64,000 nucleotides of DNA from Octopus sinensis (lineage: Eukaryota). The position numbers and the translations under genes were made by a program. This document shows, one piece after another, positions 37,497-52,347 of the stretch. Position 1 is the stretch's first letter. Each line of letters opens with the position of its first letter. The notes beneath the pieces were generated by a model. That model was not told the origin of the DNA. It searched no databases and saw nothing but the letters and a program-made list of their open reading frames with translations. The stretch lies in contig NC_043011.1 of the NCBI RefSeq assembly GCF_006345805.1, positions 60,338,464-60,402,463 of the forward strand, given 5' to 3'.

Positions 37497-39164
37497 ACAG
37501 GTGTCTTTCAGTTTCCATCTATCAAATCTTCTGACAAGGCTTTCGTCAGCCTGGAGCTCAAGTAGAAAGCACCAACTCGTGGTGTTATGTAGTAGGATTG
37601 AACACAAAACCATGTGATTGAGATACAACCTTCTTAATCACACAGCCTGTGCTAATCAATGAATTAAAAATAAAATGGATGGACAGAAAGACAAACAGAC
37701 AGACTGATACAACAGATATCTTCTAGAACTTTTACTACACTACATGCAAAAAAAAGAAATTACGAAGCAAATTCAGTAAGAGATTTAATTTGCAAAAATC
37801 ATCAAAGAAAACAAATGAATTATAAGAGAAATAATTTACTAAATAATTCATTCTAACATTTTTAACAATGAGCTAATGAAGGAATCACTACACAGTTGTT
37901 TGACCTGCTAGGAAAAGCCACCGAATCTCCCTCAGATTACATTACATCATCCTGAAAAGAGAGGGACACATTTGATAATGCAGTCTACACATGGTTTTGA
38001 GTTCAATTCCAGAGTGCAGCATCTTGAGCAAGTGTCTTCTACTATAACACAAGGACACCAATGTTTTCTGATTGAATTTGGTAAGTGGAACCTGTATGGA
38101 AGTACATCATATTTGTACATGTGTATGCATATGTACATTTTAGAGTTTATCTCCAACCACTGCTTAACAACTGGTGTTGGTTTGTTTATGTCCCGATGAC
38201 TTAGTGGTTTGACAAAAGAGGTTCATACAAGAAGTACCAGATTTAACAAAAATAAGTACTGAGGCTGATTTGTTCAACTAAACCCTTCAAGGTGATGTCC
38301 CAGTATGGCCGTAGTCCAAAGACTGAAATAGGCAACAGATAAAAGATACACACTGTTCCAGAAAATGGTAAAGCTGTCATGGTTGGAATGCAAGTGATCA
38401 CAGGCCAATTCGGAGGTTGACCAGGAGTTAAACAAAAAATAACATCATCCTTAACCATATCAGCTCAATCTTACTAAATCTGTAATCAAGCTTTATTTAA
38501 AAATACTAAAAATAAAAATAGAGAGAAAAAAATAGAAAGAGACCTGAAATAGACCTAGACACCCCTAAAAATAATATGGGATGGCCCTGGTTGCAGTATC
38601 TTTGATCATAGATTTACTTGATCAAAGCTAAACAACAACAATAACAACAAAATATACTATTGCCAATGCAACAGAGAAAAAGAGACAGCAATAGCAAAAT
38701 GTTGTTACATTTCAAAGAAATAGCTAGACAATTATATATGAATAGGATTCCAGACCAATCCATAATATTTAGCCAACAAACAAAGAACTCATTAATTTAT
38801 TAGAAATATTACATAGATGAATGATCAATGGCATCATCACTCTTATCTTTCGCGACTGACGTCATTAATCAGTCCACAGCATCAATAGCACTGGGCATGC
38901 AAGATGGAACATACCAAATGAAATGACAGTGAATTGGCTTAGAAAGTACACTTGCTGTTACGTATATATTTCTTCTTTATAAATAAAGAAAATTACCCTT
39001 TCTCACATCATTTGGTGAAGCGAGTTTGTGAATAATTTATCAATATCAATTACTAATTTTGTGTCAGAGAAGGGAGAAGCTGATGGCAAACATATTTTAG
39101 ATTAAAATTTTTCTGGAAACATCTGTGTGTATGTGTATGTTATATATATATATATATATATATA

Positions 39165-39354
39165 AAATGTAAACAGAGTTAGCGGTTATAGTAACCGACT
39201 AAGGGATAAAATATCCGTATATACTATCGGTATCCGTAACCCGTATTATCCCCGGGCAATGGTGTGCAGGCACACCATACACGTAGAGTGCAGATAACAA
39301 GATAAACAAGAGTTTATCAGGAACCAATGCAAATAATTAGAAAATTCTAATTAT
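39165..39354. other. CpG-rich ~190-bp multi-hairpin insert inside a (TA)n tract; unclassified
   Basis: Five inverted repeats at 39179-39202, 39203-39252, 39259-39278, 39301-39318 and 39333-39354; (TA)n on both sides. Confidence 0.55.
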
Positions 39355-39495
39355 GTATATATATATATATATATATAAATATATAAATTATATAAATATA
39401 TAAATATATATAAATATATAAATATATAAATATATATAAATATATAAATATATAAATATATATAAATATATAAATATATATATATATTATATATA
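39355..39495. repeat. (TA)n grading into an (ATATATAA)n-type minisatellite
   Basis: Directly visible. Confidence 0.95.
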
Positions 39496-40620
39496 CATAG
39501 GTAAGTATGATCCAGGGATTTGACTGTAGGAAATTAGTAAGCTTCAGACATTTATGCAGTCAGTAGTAAAGATGACAAAAGATGGACAATATGCAATAAA
39601 ATGAGTTTATTAATATCGTAAGATAACATGCTTCATCCCAGATCAACATAAAAGAAACTTTGATAGACTGATGGTCAACATACAACTCATTGGCTTAGTA
39701 ACTAAAGTTGCAAAAATTGAGAATAAAAATCCAAGAAATATGTAGAGTGGTTGGTGTTAGGAAGGGCATCCAGCTGTAAAAACCCTGCCAAAACAGTCAC
39801 AGAAGTCTGGTTGGTCCTTGTGAAACCGTCACACCCATGCTAGCATGGAAGGTAGACATTAAACGACAATAACGATGATATATATATACGATTAATCAAA
39901 AGAGCAGAGAAAAAAATCAACAAGAAAAAATAATATGAGGATGTGGTACATGCCAAGTATTAATAAGACACTCAGGGAAGGAAAGAAAGAGTGTTTTATG
40001 TTTCAAGCAAAGTTCTTCTTCAGAAACACGAGACAGAGGAAAGTCCAAAAGAAAAGGAAGATGGAAGAAAAAAAATCACCAACAATCCACATTGTCCAAC
40101 CCATGCCAGTATGGAAAGCAGATGTTAAATGATGATGATAATGATGATACATACACAGACAAATATATATACATATTTACATATACATGCATACACACAT
40201 ATATAGATATACACATATAGCTAATTCATTTGTGTTTGTCTATATTTAAGTCATACTGGAAGAAAATGAAAAAAAAAATCAGGACACTAGAAGAAATGTC
40301 ATTTTTACAATTGCTGATGGGAAACAATGAACTTGAGATGAACATTAGAATCTCCTGTACCTACATGTGTGGTGGTGGTGGTGGTGTGTGAGAACATGTT
40401 TGTGTGTGCTTATGTCAAAAGAATATCTGAGGAGTTTGAAACTTTAAGTGTAAGCAAAGCACTAACAGATTCTTTTCAACTTTTCAATGAACCTTTCTAT
40501 AACGAGAAATCAATGAAATATTTCCATTTACCAGTAAAAATCAATAATTTATTCATTAAATATGCAGAAGATTTTTGCTTGTTTGTTTTTGAATACATAC
40601 ATACATACACACACACACAC

Positions 40621-40656
<36 letters not shown>

Positions 40657-42089
40657 AATGAGTATAATTATCATTTGAAGAAAGTGAAATGTCTCAAAGT
40701 GAATGTCATCAAGCAACACAAATATATTTGTAGTTATTCAAGATTATCAGGATCTACAAGCATAAACAAAAGTATTCACTTGTTGAAAATAGTATTAAAA
40801 CATAAAAAGAAGAAGAAAAAAATGAAAATGTTTGACAAAACAAATACACCATTGCTGTATGTTGTTAGACATTAATCCAATTCCCCAGAAAGAATACTGA
40901 ACAAAAGAATGAAAGTGCAGCTAATGAGAAACAGATATTAATAGACAAAACAGATATTAATGGAACAAAGCTAGTTATGTTTTACAAATATACTTATATT
41001 GCTGTATAGATCAATAGAAGCAGCAGAAAACATTACATTTTTTGTCTTTTTTTAAATTTTTGCTTTCCTTTTTCTATTTTGTTGCTTTTCTTTTTTTTTT
41101 GCCTTTTTCTATTGTAGATAATAACTTCATTTGAATAGAACATTTTTAAGAAATTTAAAAAAAACAGCAAAAAACAGTCATTTTGTATCAAGAAAGATAA
41201 ATCATTCTTTTATGAGTTTAAAAGTTAGTTTAATCAAGAGTTAGATCTTGATATATCTCATAACTGATGAAGCTGAAAGAATTGTCTCAAACAAGAGCCC
41301 TATTTCCTAGTTTTTTTTTAATGGTGCATTCTTCTGCAAGTGCTGACTGTACAATTGGAAATTCTAACTTTTTCTTTGGGAACTACAAATGAAAACCTCT
41401 CATCTATTCTGCAGCACTTCTAACACAGCAATAACAATGGTAGCTGATTATTAAAACTACTTGTATCCCTCATTGCATATGGAACTCTATCTGAAATTAC
41501 AATCTACTATTTCTGTCCATGAGGGCGACTCTACACACTCATTTGACTTGCAGATAAAAACAACTAAATCTATCTCAAATCACATCATACTATCTTGTAT
41601 AGAGAATAACAAAAGTTAAGGGAATCATTACACAATAGGGTGACATGACAGACACAGCAACCAAATTTAATTATATCACATACTAGACTCTTAAAAAAAG
41701 GAAGGACACACCAGACAATGTTTTAGGAATGGATTGGCATGATTTAAATGCTTTTGATTATACTTCTGCTCAAACAGAGTTAACTTGAGGCTAAACAACA
41801 GATGTATTGAATAGTGTAGTCCTTGATATTAAAAAAAAACAACCCAAAACAAGCTGGTTATAGCTGGAATGCTTTTGACCATAGATCCGTTCAATTAGGG
41901 CTAGCTTGAGAGAGTGGTAGTTAAATAACAATAATATGGACTATTTCTCATTGGGAATTTTTTTGCTAGAGCATTCTAACTAATATTGCTGACAAAACAA
42001 AATTTATACTGTTTTCTTATATTTTCAATCTATTAAACATTCCACTAATTATAGTGGCATGTTTGATAGAATTATAATTATAATTTGTC

Positions 42090-42620
42090 ATCTCTGCAAT
42101 GAGGTTCAGCTTCTTGAGATCAATCTTCACCATTTCATCTCATATCTTCATAAGCCTCAATCATCCACAAATTCCATTCACTCGGAGCACTTGGAAATTT
42201 TTTTTTAAACAAATGATACTGACACTCTCTAAACATTTCCTATACCCATACCAACACAGTCTTCACTCTTGTACACTGGATCCAATTCTTCTTACACAGT
42301 TTTTCTCTCAGCTCATTTATGCTCTGTTTACTCTTCATATACACACTATTGCTACACATTCAACAATGCATGCATATCTGATTTCTTTCCAACTGTAGCA
42401 AATTCTCCACATTCAAGGCCTCAACCTTGCTGTCATATAACTTTGCTCTCCTTCACCTTGAGAGGAAAACTTTTTGTTACTAGCAGAGTAACTTTCTCTA
42501 TGTTCTTACTCTGGCAATTATGTTTTCAAATCACCCACCTCCATTGCTAATTAGTTCACCTAGGCAACAAAAACTATTGACTCCCTCTAGAGTATGTTCT
42601 AGGCGTTTATAGCAAACCAT
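42090..42620 (-). mobile_element. Decayed RTE-clade LINE ORF fragment
   Basis: Minus-strand peptides LVTKSFPLKVK, QLERNQICMHC*MCSNSV, QSINELREKL and VQE*RLCWYG, homologous to the region at 3871-4100. Confidence 0.7.
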
Positions 42621-43143
42621 TTTATATGTTGTGCTTCTGCTAATTGCTCCTGATTGGATTATTCAAAGTGAAGTATTTCCCTAACGAGTAATCAGTAAAT
42701 ATTTTTCTGTCAATGTTTATTGTTGTTCTTTAGCTTTATCAGGCCAGTCCTGGTCAAGTACTATGATCAATGACATTCTAGTGTAAACATCCTCTCTATT
42801 TGGAGGGCACTTAGGATTGCATTATCTACTGTCTGTGCTTCATTGTTCAAAATGATAGAATATGATTTGATAGATATTTTGGCTACTATTTCTAACAGAT
42901 ATAGAAACCACATAGAGGCTATCTTACCATTAGCATCATCGTCGTTTTAAGATCTATTTTTCCATTTTGCATAGGTAGAGCAGATTTCCTTGGGGTAGAT
43001 TTTCTAAGACAGGGGTCTCTTCCTGTCACAAACCTTCACCTATTTCCAGGCAAAGTAATATTTCCCCCACAGTCTGTGTGAGAGTTATGTTCATTTGCAA
43101 CTGTTGCACAATGTCTTCACAAGAGACATAAACACTGCTCTCA

Positions 43144-43175
<32 letters not shown>

Positions 43176-43239
43176 TCTGTCTATCTAACTATGTATGTAT
43201 GTATGTATGTATGTATGTATCTATCTATCTATCTATCTC

Positions 43240-43279
<40 letters not shown>

Positions 43280-43859
43280 AGGCTTCTCTCAGTTTCCATT
43301 TACCAGATCTATGCACAAGGCTTTGGTCTGCTTAGAGCTATGATAGAAGACACTTGCTGAAGGTGCCATACAATAGGGTTGAACCTGAAACCATGTGGTC
43401 AGGAAGCAAAGTTCTTAACCATAGTCAAGTGAATAATTGTAACTTCTGGAAGCAGCAAATACTTTGATGCAAATATCAACTATTCAATATATTTGATATA
43501 TTTTACTTCGATTTCAGTAACTTTGTAATTTTATCTCTCAGATATGTCAAAGACAGTGAGTACTATTAAACCTAACATTAAAATGTCATACATAAAGAGA
43601 TAAATATTTGTCAGGAGCCAATGGAAAAACCTGTATGTGGTCACTCAACATGCTAAAAATAACAGACAATCTTCCTCACTTCCCATCTTATTATCTTAGA
43701 AAAGGTAGGACACAACACATAGTAAGTTTCTTGATGCGTTGTAATAAGAACAATAAAGAAGCCTCTATTTAGCTGTTGAACCTCCTAAAGATAGTGGACA
43801 AATCCTCCTCATATCACATCCAGCTTGGTTCTCTGCCAATTACAATGAATTGATTCAAT

Positions 43860-44121
43860 CAATGGAACAGTTTGCTCATGAAATTAATGAGCAAGTGGCT
43901 GAGCACTCCACAGACATATGTACCCTTAATGTCATTCTCAGAGAGATTCAGCATGACACACAACGTGAGTCACAGGTATAAGTCATTTTCACCAGCTGAG
44001 TGGACTGGAGCAATGTGAAATAAAGTGTCTTGCTCAAGGACACAATGTGTTGCTGGGAATCGAACTCATGATTGTAAGATTGTGAGCCAAATAGCCTAAC
44101 CACAGAGCCACATGCCTTCAC
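43860..44121 (-). mobile_element. Older family D SINE
   Basis: CpG-decayed homolog of 30356-30680 (agtgtcttgctcaaggacacaatg, gggaatcgaactcatg). Confidence 0.85.
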
Positions 44122-44459
44122 ATCCTATCCTATTAAAAAAGGAAGCTCACACAAGGATGGTACGCTCCTAGATAAAGCTCCACCAGTAAAAACAAAGAGG
44201 ATAGGTCATGATTGTCTTTGACCACTGACCAGCTTAATCATATTACTGCCTTGGGCTAAACGGCAACAATGAATATTGATTTCTAATTCTGATATAAAGA
44301 GTGAGTAATTAATTCATTAAATAAAATCTCCATATTTGACAGTACTTTATTCCTCACCTCCATTACTAGAGGATAAAAAGTTAAGTCGACCTTGGTGGTA
44401 TTTGAACTTGAATTATTAATCTTTCATCATGGATTAGGTACAGAACTAGCTGTCAGGTT

Positions 44460-44596
44460 TGTAAGGGCAGGAATGAAATTTGCTTAGGGGGTGCAAACTC
44501 AGGTCCAACCCAGGATGTTTGAAGCATTTTCACTGTCCTCACAAAATTTTAGGGGATACAAGTGCACCCCCTGCACTCCATCTTCCTGAGCTTATG
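44460..44596. mobile_element. hAT-type MITE (137 bp)
   Basis: 8-bp TSD gtcaggtt (44452-44459, 44597-44604); imperfect TIR tgtaagggcaggaa / ttcctgagcttatg; subterminal gggggtgca / tgcaccccc. Confidence 0.7.
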
Positions 44597-47500
44597 GTCA
44601 GGTTAAGATTAAAACACAGTCAGGTTTTTAACTCTCAATGTCCTATTCTCCAGATATCTGCACTTGTTACCAAACCCTGAACTACATTCCAAAAAGTACT
44701 ATGGTTTGGGGGCAAAAACCTAGAACTAAACACTCTGTTGTGTTAGAAGTAAAGTTTAGTCTGACTTTAGAAAGAACTGCCTGTTAAAAAATTACCTGTT
44801 TGCCCATTATGTGGTTTACTCTTTGCTCTTTCTCAAGTAATTTCTCTGGATATTTTATTTCTTCAATTTATTTTTCTTTCAGCTAATAGCAATTAATACT
44901 TCATGTGGTGCATTATAAGTTGGTGACATTATTTATTAATGATCTGTTAATTATTATTAATTTATTTTGGAAATCAATGACTAGGAATCAATATCTTGTA
45001 AATATATGTGAAAACACAGAATCAACTTCTCTGTATGGAATTGTCATGCACTTTCCCCTTGGTGGGTGAAAGGGCATCACATCAAGTAAAAACCACATAC
45101 TAAAATGTGGCACCAAAAAGCATTAGACTGTACCAAGTTCTTGCAATGGTTATACTGTTAAAGCATAGGAATGGCAGTGTGGTGAAGAAGCTTTACTTCC
45201 CAAACACCTGGTTTCAGGTTCAGTTCCACTTAGTGGCACCTTGGGCAAGTGTGTCTCAGGCTGACCAAAGTTTTATGAATGGAACTGGTAGACATAAACT
45301 GAAAAACGCTCACTGAATATATGTGTGTGTTAGTGTGTGTGCACGTGCGTGCTTTCTTATCTTGGTTTTATGTGTACTACTTGTTTTCAATCCTTGTTAA
45401 AAACACATCCAGTTATGAGGAAATGTTAACTTGCATGGAAACAAATGAGGATTGACAACACGAAGGACATCAGGCTGTAGAAAATCTACTTCAGCAAATC
45501 CAATCTAACCCATATGATGATGGTGATGACAATGATGATAATGACTAGCTAAATTTCATCAAAATTTGTATTTTCTAAGAGGTTTGAAAGATCTAAATGG
45601 AGGAAACACTAAGAAGAGTTTAAAGAGTCGCGGCTAACAGGTGTATATTTGAGGTATGTTATTGCCAAGCACTGTAGACTAAAATGACAAGTTCAAACCA
45701 AGCTGAAGATGCGACTCAATTTTATAGAGATTTTCTTTCAACTTGGTTCATTTCAATTTCCAATTGCAGCACTTTCCTTTCATCAATGCTCTAACAACTC
45801 CCATAACATAGTTCCAACTTCTTTCTTCTCTGAAATCAATATGATATATACATATATTTCTTTGGAGCCAATAGGACATATACTTCTTTCTAATCACGTT
45901 GAGAGGTTGAGAAATCAACTATTTCAATACTCTATGGCATACACACTTTTCATAAATTTAATATTGAGCTGTAATTGCATATGAGAACCCAAGCTTGTTC
46001 AATAATATCCTCTTCTTGGTTGAACATATTTTTCAGAAGTCTTATTTTCAATGTGTGCTTTTCCCAATTGTACCTGAACAAGCACAGTGCTGAATGCAGA
46101 GTTATTACTGGAATAGGAAAATCATCAGAGCATCAGACAAAATGCCTTGTGGTACTTAATTTCAGATTTCGATTCCCTTTATGTTTTGAGTTCAAATTCC
46201 ACCAACACTGACTTTGAACTTCCATCTTTTTTGGGGTCAATGAAATAAATATTAATCAAGTAATACAACCAACAAGGTGAGGAACTGGCTGAATTGTTAG
46301 CATGCCAAACAAAATGCTTAGTAGCATTTCTACAGGCTCTTCACAGTCTAAGTTCATATCTCACTAAAGTCAGCTTTGATTTTCATCTATTCAGAGTTGA
46401 TAAAATAAAGTACCAGTCAAGTACTGGGGTCAAAGTAATTGACTTGCCCACTCCTCTCAAAATTGCAGGTCTTGAATCCTGCAATGACTGGCATCCCCTG
46501 CAGGAGAATGTTGTGATTTGGGTCACTTATTCACCATGGAAACCGTTGACCAGCCTTAATCCTAGGGTTGAAGCAAAAAGGCTATAGCAAAAGACACATG
46601 CTCAAGGTGCTGCACAGTGGGACTGAACCTGAAATCAGTTACAAAACAAGTATCTTCACCACACACCTGTACTTGTACTTAAGTATGTGTGTGTGTATAA
46701 GTGATCAACCAAACTTTGAGATGTTGTTATACATCATTGGGGTCACAATGCACTTTGCATCTTTTTAGCTTTCAAGTGATGCCACCCTGCTGGGGCTAGG
46801 CATGCAGGCCAACATATCCTCCTATTTGGAAGATGATCTGGACTGGAGCAATGTGAAATTAAGTGTTTTGCTAAAGAACACAATGTGACATTCAGACCAG
46901 GAATTGAAACCACAATCTAGCGATCACGAGTGCAGCACCCTAACCACAAGGCCATGTGCCTTCACACACACACACACACACAAATATATCTTTTACAAAA
47001 ACCAAAGTAGACTAAAAAACCAGTATTGTAAAGTGAGTCAACAAGGGAGTTTATATATAATCACTCAACCTTGCAGATAAATCTTCTTCAAATTTCACTC
47101 AAGTTTAATTTTAAAAAGGCGGAGGAGGATACTTTGGATAATAATAGTCAGGGGAATGCAATGCTGTCTGAGGAGAAAAAATAGATGTGAATGAGCATTA
47201 TGAATAAAATGATTTTGATTGTAAGTCTATGTGATCAGTCTTGACTCTGGGCCAATAAGCAACCACATTATCAGAAAATTATTTCAGACTAAGAAGAAAT
47301 ACTTAACTTTTCCAGAAAGGAGAAAAAAAAAGAAAAAAAGTAAGAGACATTTTATTCATTGTATGAGACAACAATGAAAAGAATTAACCAATAATGGAAA
47401 GTTATATTCTATTAACTAAGCCAGAGAAACAATTCCACAAAGTTCTGGAAGGTAAGGTGTTTTTGTCAGTCAGGTAATATACAAATTTGGTAGCATGAAT

Positions 47501-47778
47501 AAAACATACATGGAATCTGTAAAGATGACAAAAAATAAAAAAAGATAAAAATAAGTAAAAAACGATCCCATTTGGAATTTATTTAAAATCTCATTTGAGC
47601 ATCCATTAATGCTGTTCTCCGTTTTAGCATTATAGACTATCAGAGTAATTCCAAATTTTATTTCTCAGGGAACTATTATCCTTTTCTGTATTAAAGAAAT
47701 ACATGTTGTCTGTGGGTGTTTCTGAGATTAACATCAATTCTGGTTTTATAAGTCAAGTGAAAGAAATTTGTTGTTATG

Positions 47779-47806
47779 CAGAGAGAGAGAGAGGGAGAGA
47801 GAGAGA

Positions 47807-47843
<37 letters not shown>
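47779..47843. repeat. (GA)n microsatellite
   Basis: Directly visible. Confidence 0.95.
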
Positions 47844-47848
<5 letters not shown>

Positions 47849-48086
47849 AGAACTGCAGTAAAGGACAAAAGAAGTAAAAGAGGGTCACATGTTGCACACA
47901 TACACAAACATACATGCATATTACCATTCCTTTCTCTGTAATAACATGTAGCAGCCTTCACTTTAATTTCTGGCTTGGTTTAATATGATATCAAATGCTG
48001 TTTTCTCTCTCTCAATGATTGCTAATGTCTACTAACTTCTGTATCTCTCTTTCTCTTTACCTTGTCATTAATCTCCCTCTCACTCA

Positions 48087-48117
<31 letters not shown>

Positions 48118-50769
48118 GGTAGGGAGATTGCACTTGTGATTGTAGTAATTCGAAATAAGGAGTTACATAATAATTTTGTTACGGAGTAAACTTAGTGTTT
48201 ATTATCTTCTCACTACATGGCCAGACGTTGATCCAAAGTCAATGGGTGTGTGTAATGTGTGAGTACCCTACTCTTTTAAAAGACAGACACATAGGCTGTT
48301 GTGGTTCTTGGCTCAGAGAGCATGAGAACCAGATGGGATGGTCATAGCTAGAAGGCTTTGATTGAGCCGATCTCTTGGCAGGTGGTTAAACAACAAGAGT
48401 TACAATGTTGTGTATATGTATTTGCTATAACTCCTCCAGCTCTAAAGTGATACCACATGTTTTGCTTGTTTATTCTCTATTTGTAAGATATATACATATT
48501 GATACACACACAAACACCCCCACACACATTCATATTGAATTAGCAAACCATTATTTTTATGATAGCATGTTAGCACTAGAAAGTAATTAACCTTGGTCTT
48601 ATTTTAAAAATCAAGGGAAAATTTTGAATAAATTTAAAATGTAAGTAAAAAAAAGGGATCTATGTCCCTGCAAGGCTATAAGATTATTGTATAGAAAAGA
48701 ATAAGTATAGCTTTTGCTACTATGAGGTGATAATAGTTCTTAACTGACAAACTGTGAAGGAGCTCTGTAGACAATACCCCATGTACACTGAATTGCTACT
48801 GAGCTGTTGATGAATTTTAGCCTGAAGTTCTGCCCCTAATTGGGAAGATTGAGTAATCACACAAACAATCCGCTGTCGGCTCATCAACTACTGAATAGGA
48901 AAAACAAATGCATTTTCAGTTTATACAGACTGCATGTCCATGTAAGCAGATGAACCAATAAAGGGCTTTACGAATTTCCTTGACATGCTGGAAATAGTAG
49001 TCAAATATCTTTCAAATTGCACTCAGTAGGGTTGCCATTGGTCAATGTTGACCATGCAACTGGCAAGAATTTTTTGAAAAAGACTAGCAATTGCCCATGT
49101 AGACAAATCTCCACTGTCCATATCATTGATATTTATTTGATACAGCTTAGCATTAATGTCATGGCAGGTATTCCTATCAGAACTTAGTAAGCGTGAAAAA
49201 GCACCACAAGGCATCTCACATGATCCTTTGATAGTTCCATCAATACACCACCCAAGTTTCAATGAAAGAGTGAAAGGTTAAGTTGATCTCAATCAGATTT
49301 GAATTTGGAGCATAGATAATCAGAACAAAAACTGTTAAGAATTCCATCCAATACTCCAACAGCTCTGCCAATTTGCTGCCTTTGCAAATGAATACAGACG
49401 AATATATTGGGAAATGTAGTCTCTAATATTTAAAATCACAAGATGGTTAAAGCCAGAATACTTTCAATCATAGGTCTGTATCATCACATCTGACCAGGAG
49501 CTAAACACAACCAACAACAAAAATAATAGTGTAGCAGCAACATCAGCAGTAACAACAGATGCAGGCATACATCATTAAGAACAGAAATTACAGGTGTAAA
49601 CAACATGGACTACTAACTGATGATTCATTAAAATTATATTGTATATAATTTGGAACTTCTAATTGGTTAGGCAAATGTTTGTAGGGTATCTCAAAAGTTT
49701 GTGACTGGAAAGTGTTTAATTGAATTGACTGTTAATAAGTTTGTGATGTATTGAAGATTTGAGTAAAATGCTTACAACAGAGTAGATTCCACTAAAGCAA
49801 ATGCACCCACGAGTCCATTTTATTGCACTTGCAGGTTGGTATACTCATATGTACAGAAGATAGAAAATTCTTCAATTATAAAATTTATGCAATATTCATA
49901 TGCCTATTTGTGACATAAAGAATACCTCATAAGTAATACAAATGTCCTAAATTCAGTGCTGGTGTTAATGAAGATGTTACGTGTTAATTTAATGTGTTAA
50001 ACTAATCTTTATTATTGTATATTGAATTAAACACAGATATATACAAGATTTACACAAATATAAGAGTTAGAACTTGTGATCTGCCTGCAGACCTTTATCT
50101 TTGGAAATTTTTGCCAGCTGCACTAAAAAGTTTCCCCACCCCTGCACTAAAGAGTCCAGGTCCTCTTGCTAAACAAGTGACTTATTTTAAAGCCTACCAC
50201 TAATAAGCCAGAATGATCTCTCCAGTGCATGTATGCACATTTTCCATCTAGCAAATTTCAATGATTTGCAAAGGTATTGATCAACCCAAGGTTGTGATAG
50301 AGACTTAACCAAACCACAGAAGAATGTAGATGGGAAGCAAACACGTGTAACTACACAACTACATCTACAGCCACTTTATTGAATCTCTCCATTTCTTGAC
50401 TATTTTTAAAGTTTATTAAAGCAATGAGTAAATAAATGAATGAATAAATATACAAAGATATGTTGATCTGCTAAATCATTTTTAAGCATGAAAGAATATG
50501 AAATATCTCTGATGATATTTGGGTGGTGTATGCAGCACTTAAACTGATTATACCTATTTCAATAATTAGCTAAGTATTTTATCTTTGTAGTAATCATTTC
50601 TCTCTGTATTAACGAGGGAATGGAGTTTTTAATATAATAACAAACGTGTTACCATTTATCTAAATAACATAATGAAACTTACTTAATTAATAAATATTCC
50701 TTGTTAAATTGGCTAGAAAGATACAGCAAAGAGTTACTTATACTGTGAGCCAGCAAGAGAAAATTTGCT

Positions 50770-50945
50770 TGAACCTGCTAGAAATAGAGGCCAAATTTCT
50801 ATCAGATCAGACTCTACAATCTTAAGGACACATTGACCAATGCACACCTAGATATGCTGTCTAACAATAGATGGAATGGTCATAACTGGAATACCATTGA
50901 TCATAGGTCTGTTTGATTAGGATCATCCCTGATTTAAATAAACAG
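50770..50945 (+). mobile_element. Family E interspersed repeat (SINE-like; acctgctagaaatagcagccaaat head module, ctaaacaac(aac)n tail in better copies)
   Basis: Related copies at about 6950-7115, 19640-19900, 36680-37170, 38560-38650, 41540-41930, 42715-42925, 43625-43790 and 53490-53725. Confidence 0.6.
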
Positions 50946-51785
50946 TAGCAAAATGTGTTCCACATTGTTAAGAAGAGATATAATTGATAGTTTTAACCAG
51001 AAGCATTTCTAAATGATGAGTTTTGTAAAATTTTCCAGTTACTTAAGAAGAAAAGAAGAGCAGAACAGCAAGAAACAAAGTTGTTAGCATTACATTAAAA
51101 TAAAAAGCAAGAAACAAGCGAGATTTAATGAGCAGATTAAAATACTCATTAAAACACACTTTTATCCAGTCTTTGCTTTCTATTACTTTGATAGGTTTAA
51201 GATTACTGGAATAAAACCAAAATCTTATAAATTATTCCAAATTTTAAATATATATGAAAATTAAACTATGAACAAAAGTTAGTAATGGTGTCCAGAGATA
51301 TAATAATCTGAAGATTGATATTGATTTAGCAAACAATAACAATAATAATAGTCATCAACATTTTATGTCTACTTTTCCATGCTTGCATGGGTTGGACAGA
51401 ATTCATTGACGCATACTTTCTATGGCCAGATGTCCTTCCGGTTCCTGTTTCCAAGTAAAGTAGTACTGGTTTCAAATTTTGGTAGCAGCTTTGAGGGAGG
51501 GAGAAGTCAATTACCTTGACTGCAGTGTTCAACTGGTGCTTATTTTATTGTTGCCAAAAGGATGAAAGGCAAAGTCACCCATGACAGAATTGAACTCATA
51601 ATGTTAAGAGAGGCAAAATGCTACTAAGCATTTCGCCCAGCATGCTTACAATTCATCATCTTTCTAAATAAAGGTAGGCTTTTCCCAGGAGACTAGAAAT
51701 GAAGACTGTTGCTTGTATGATAGTGATGCTTGTTTAATGGCATCACACAAGGTCAAGACAAGGAGAAACAAACAACTCCACCCCA

Positions 51786-51834
<49 letters not shown>

Positions 51835-52071
51835 ATAAATAAGATTCAATTGAATTAGGTACTTAAGTTGAGGTACCAAGTCTGCCCAGTATTGTCCACA
51901 CAGCTTGAAGTTATATAATGGAGTATCCTGTATGTTGAAAATCTATATGGTCGAATGTGTCTGAGGAGATCTGTTTATTTCAAATTGATGTAAGGTTTGC
52001 ATTGATCGATTAAATGGTGTCCCTTGAAACGGCAGTAATGCACTGATACTGGGAAATCTTTGTTACTTATT

Positions 52072-52111
<40 letters not shown>

Positions 52112-52301
52112 AAGGATTAAAATCAATTTTAATCCTTCAGCTATTTAAAGTTTTCCTTGAGCCTGCAACCACCTATATCATTGATTCTGTTATTATCATT
52201 TTTGAATTGTTACACTAGATAATAATAGAGTCAATTATATCTTCATAAATTAATTTTTTCTGAATTATTTTTCTCATGAATTATTTGCTCTATACTGAAA
52301 T

Positions 52302-52347
<46 letters not shown>

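Noticed and set aside
39259-39286. Helitron 3' end (hairpin plus CTRR)
   Set aside because: The hairpin is followed by cgtag/a rather than CTAG/T, and the insert continues beyond it. Kept only as an unclassified element.
41264-41278. CTGATGA-agct-GAAA
   Set aside because: Stem II is too short and there is no stem I partner; probably chance.
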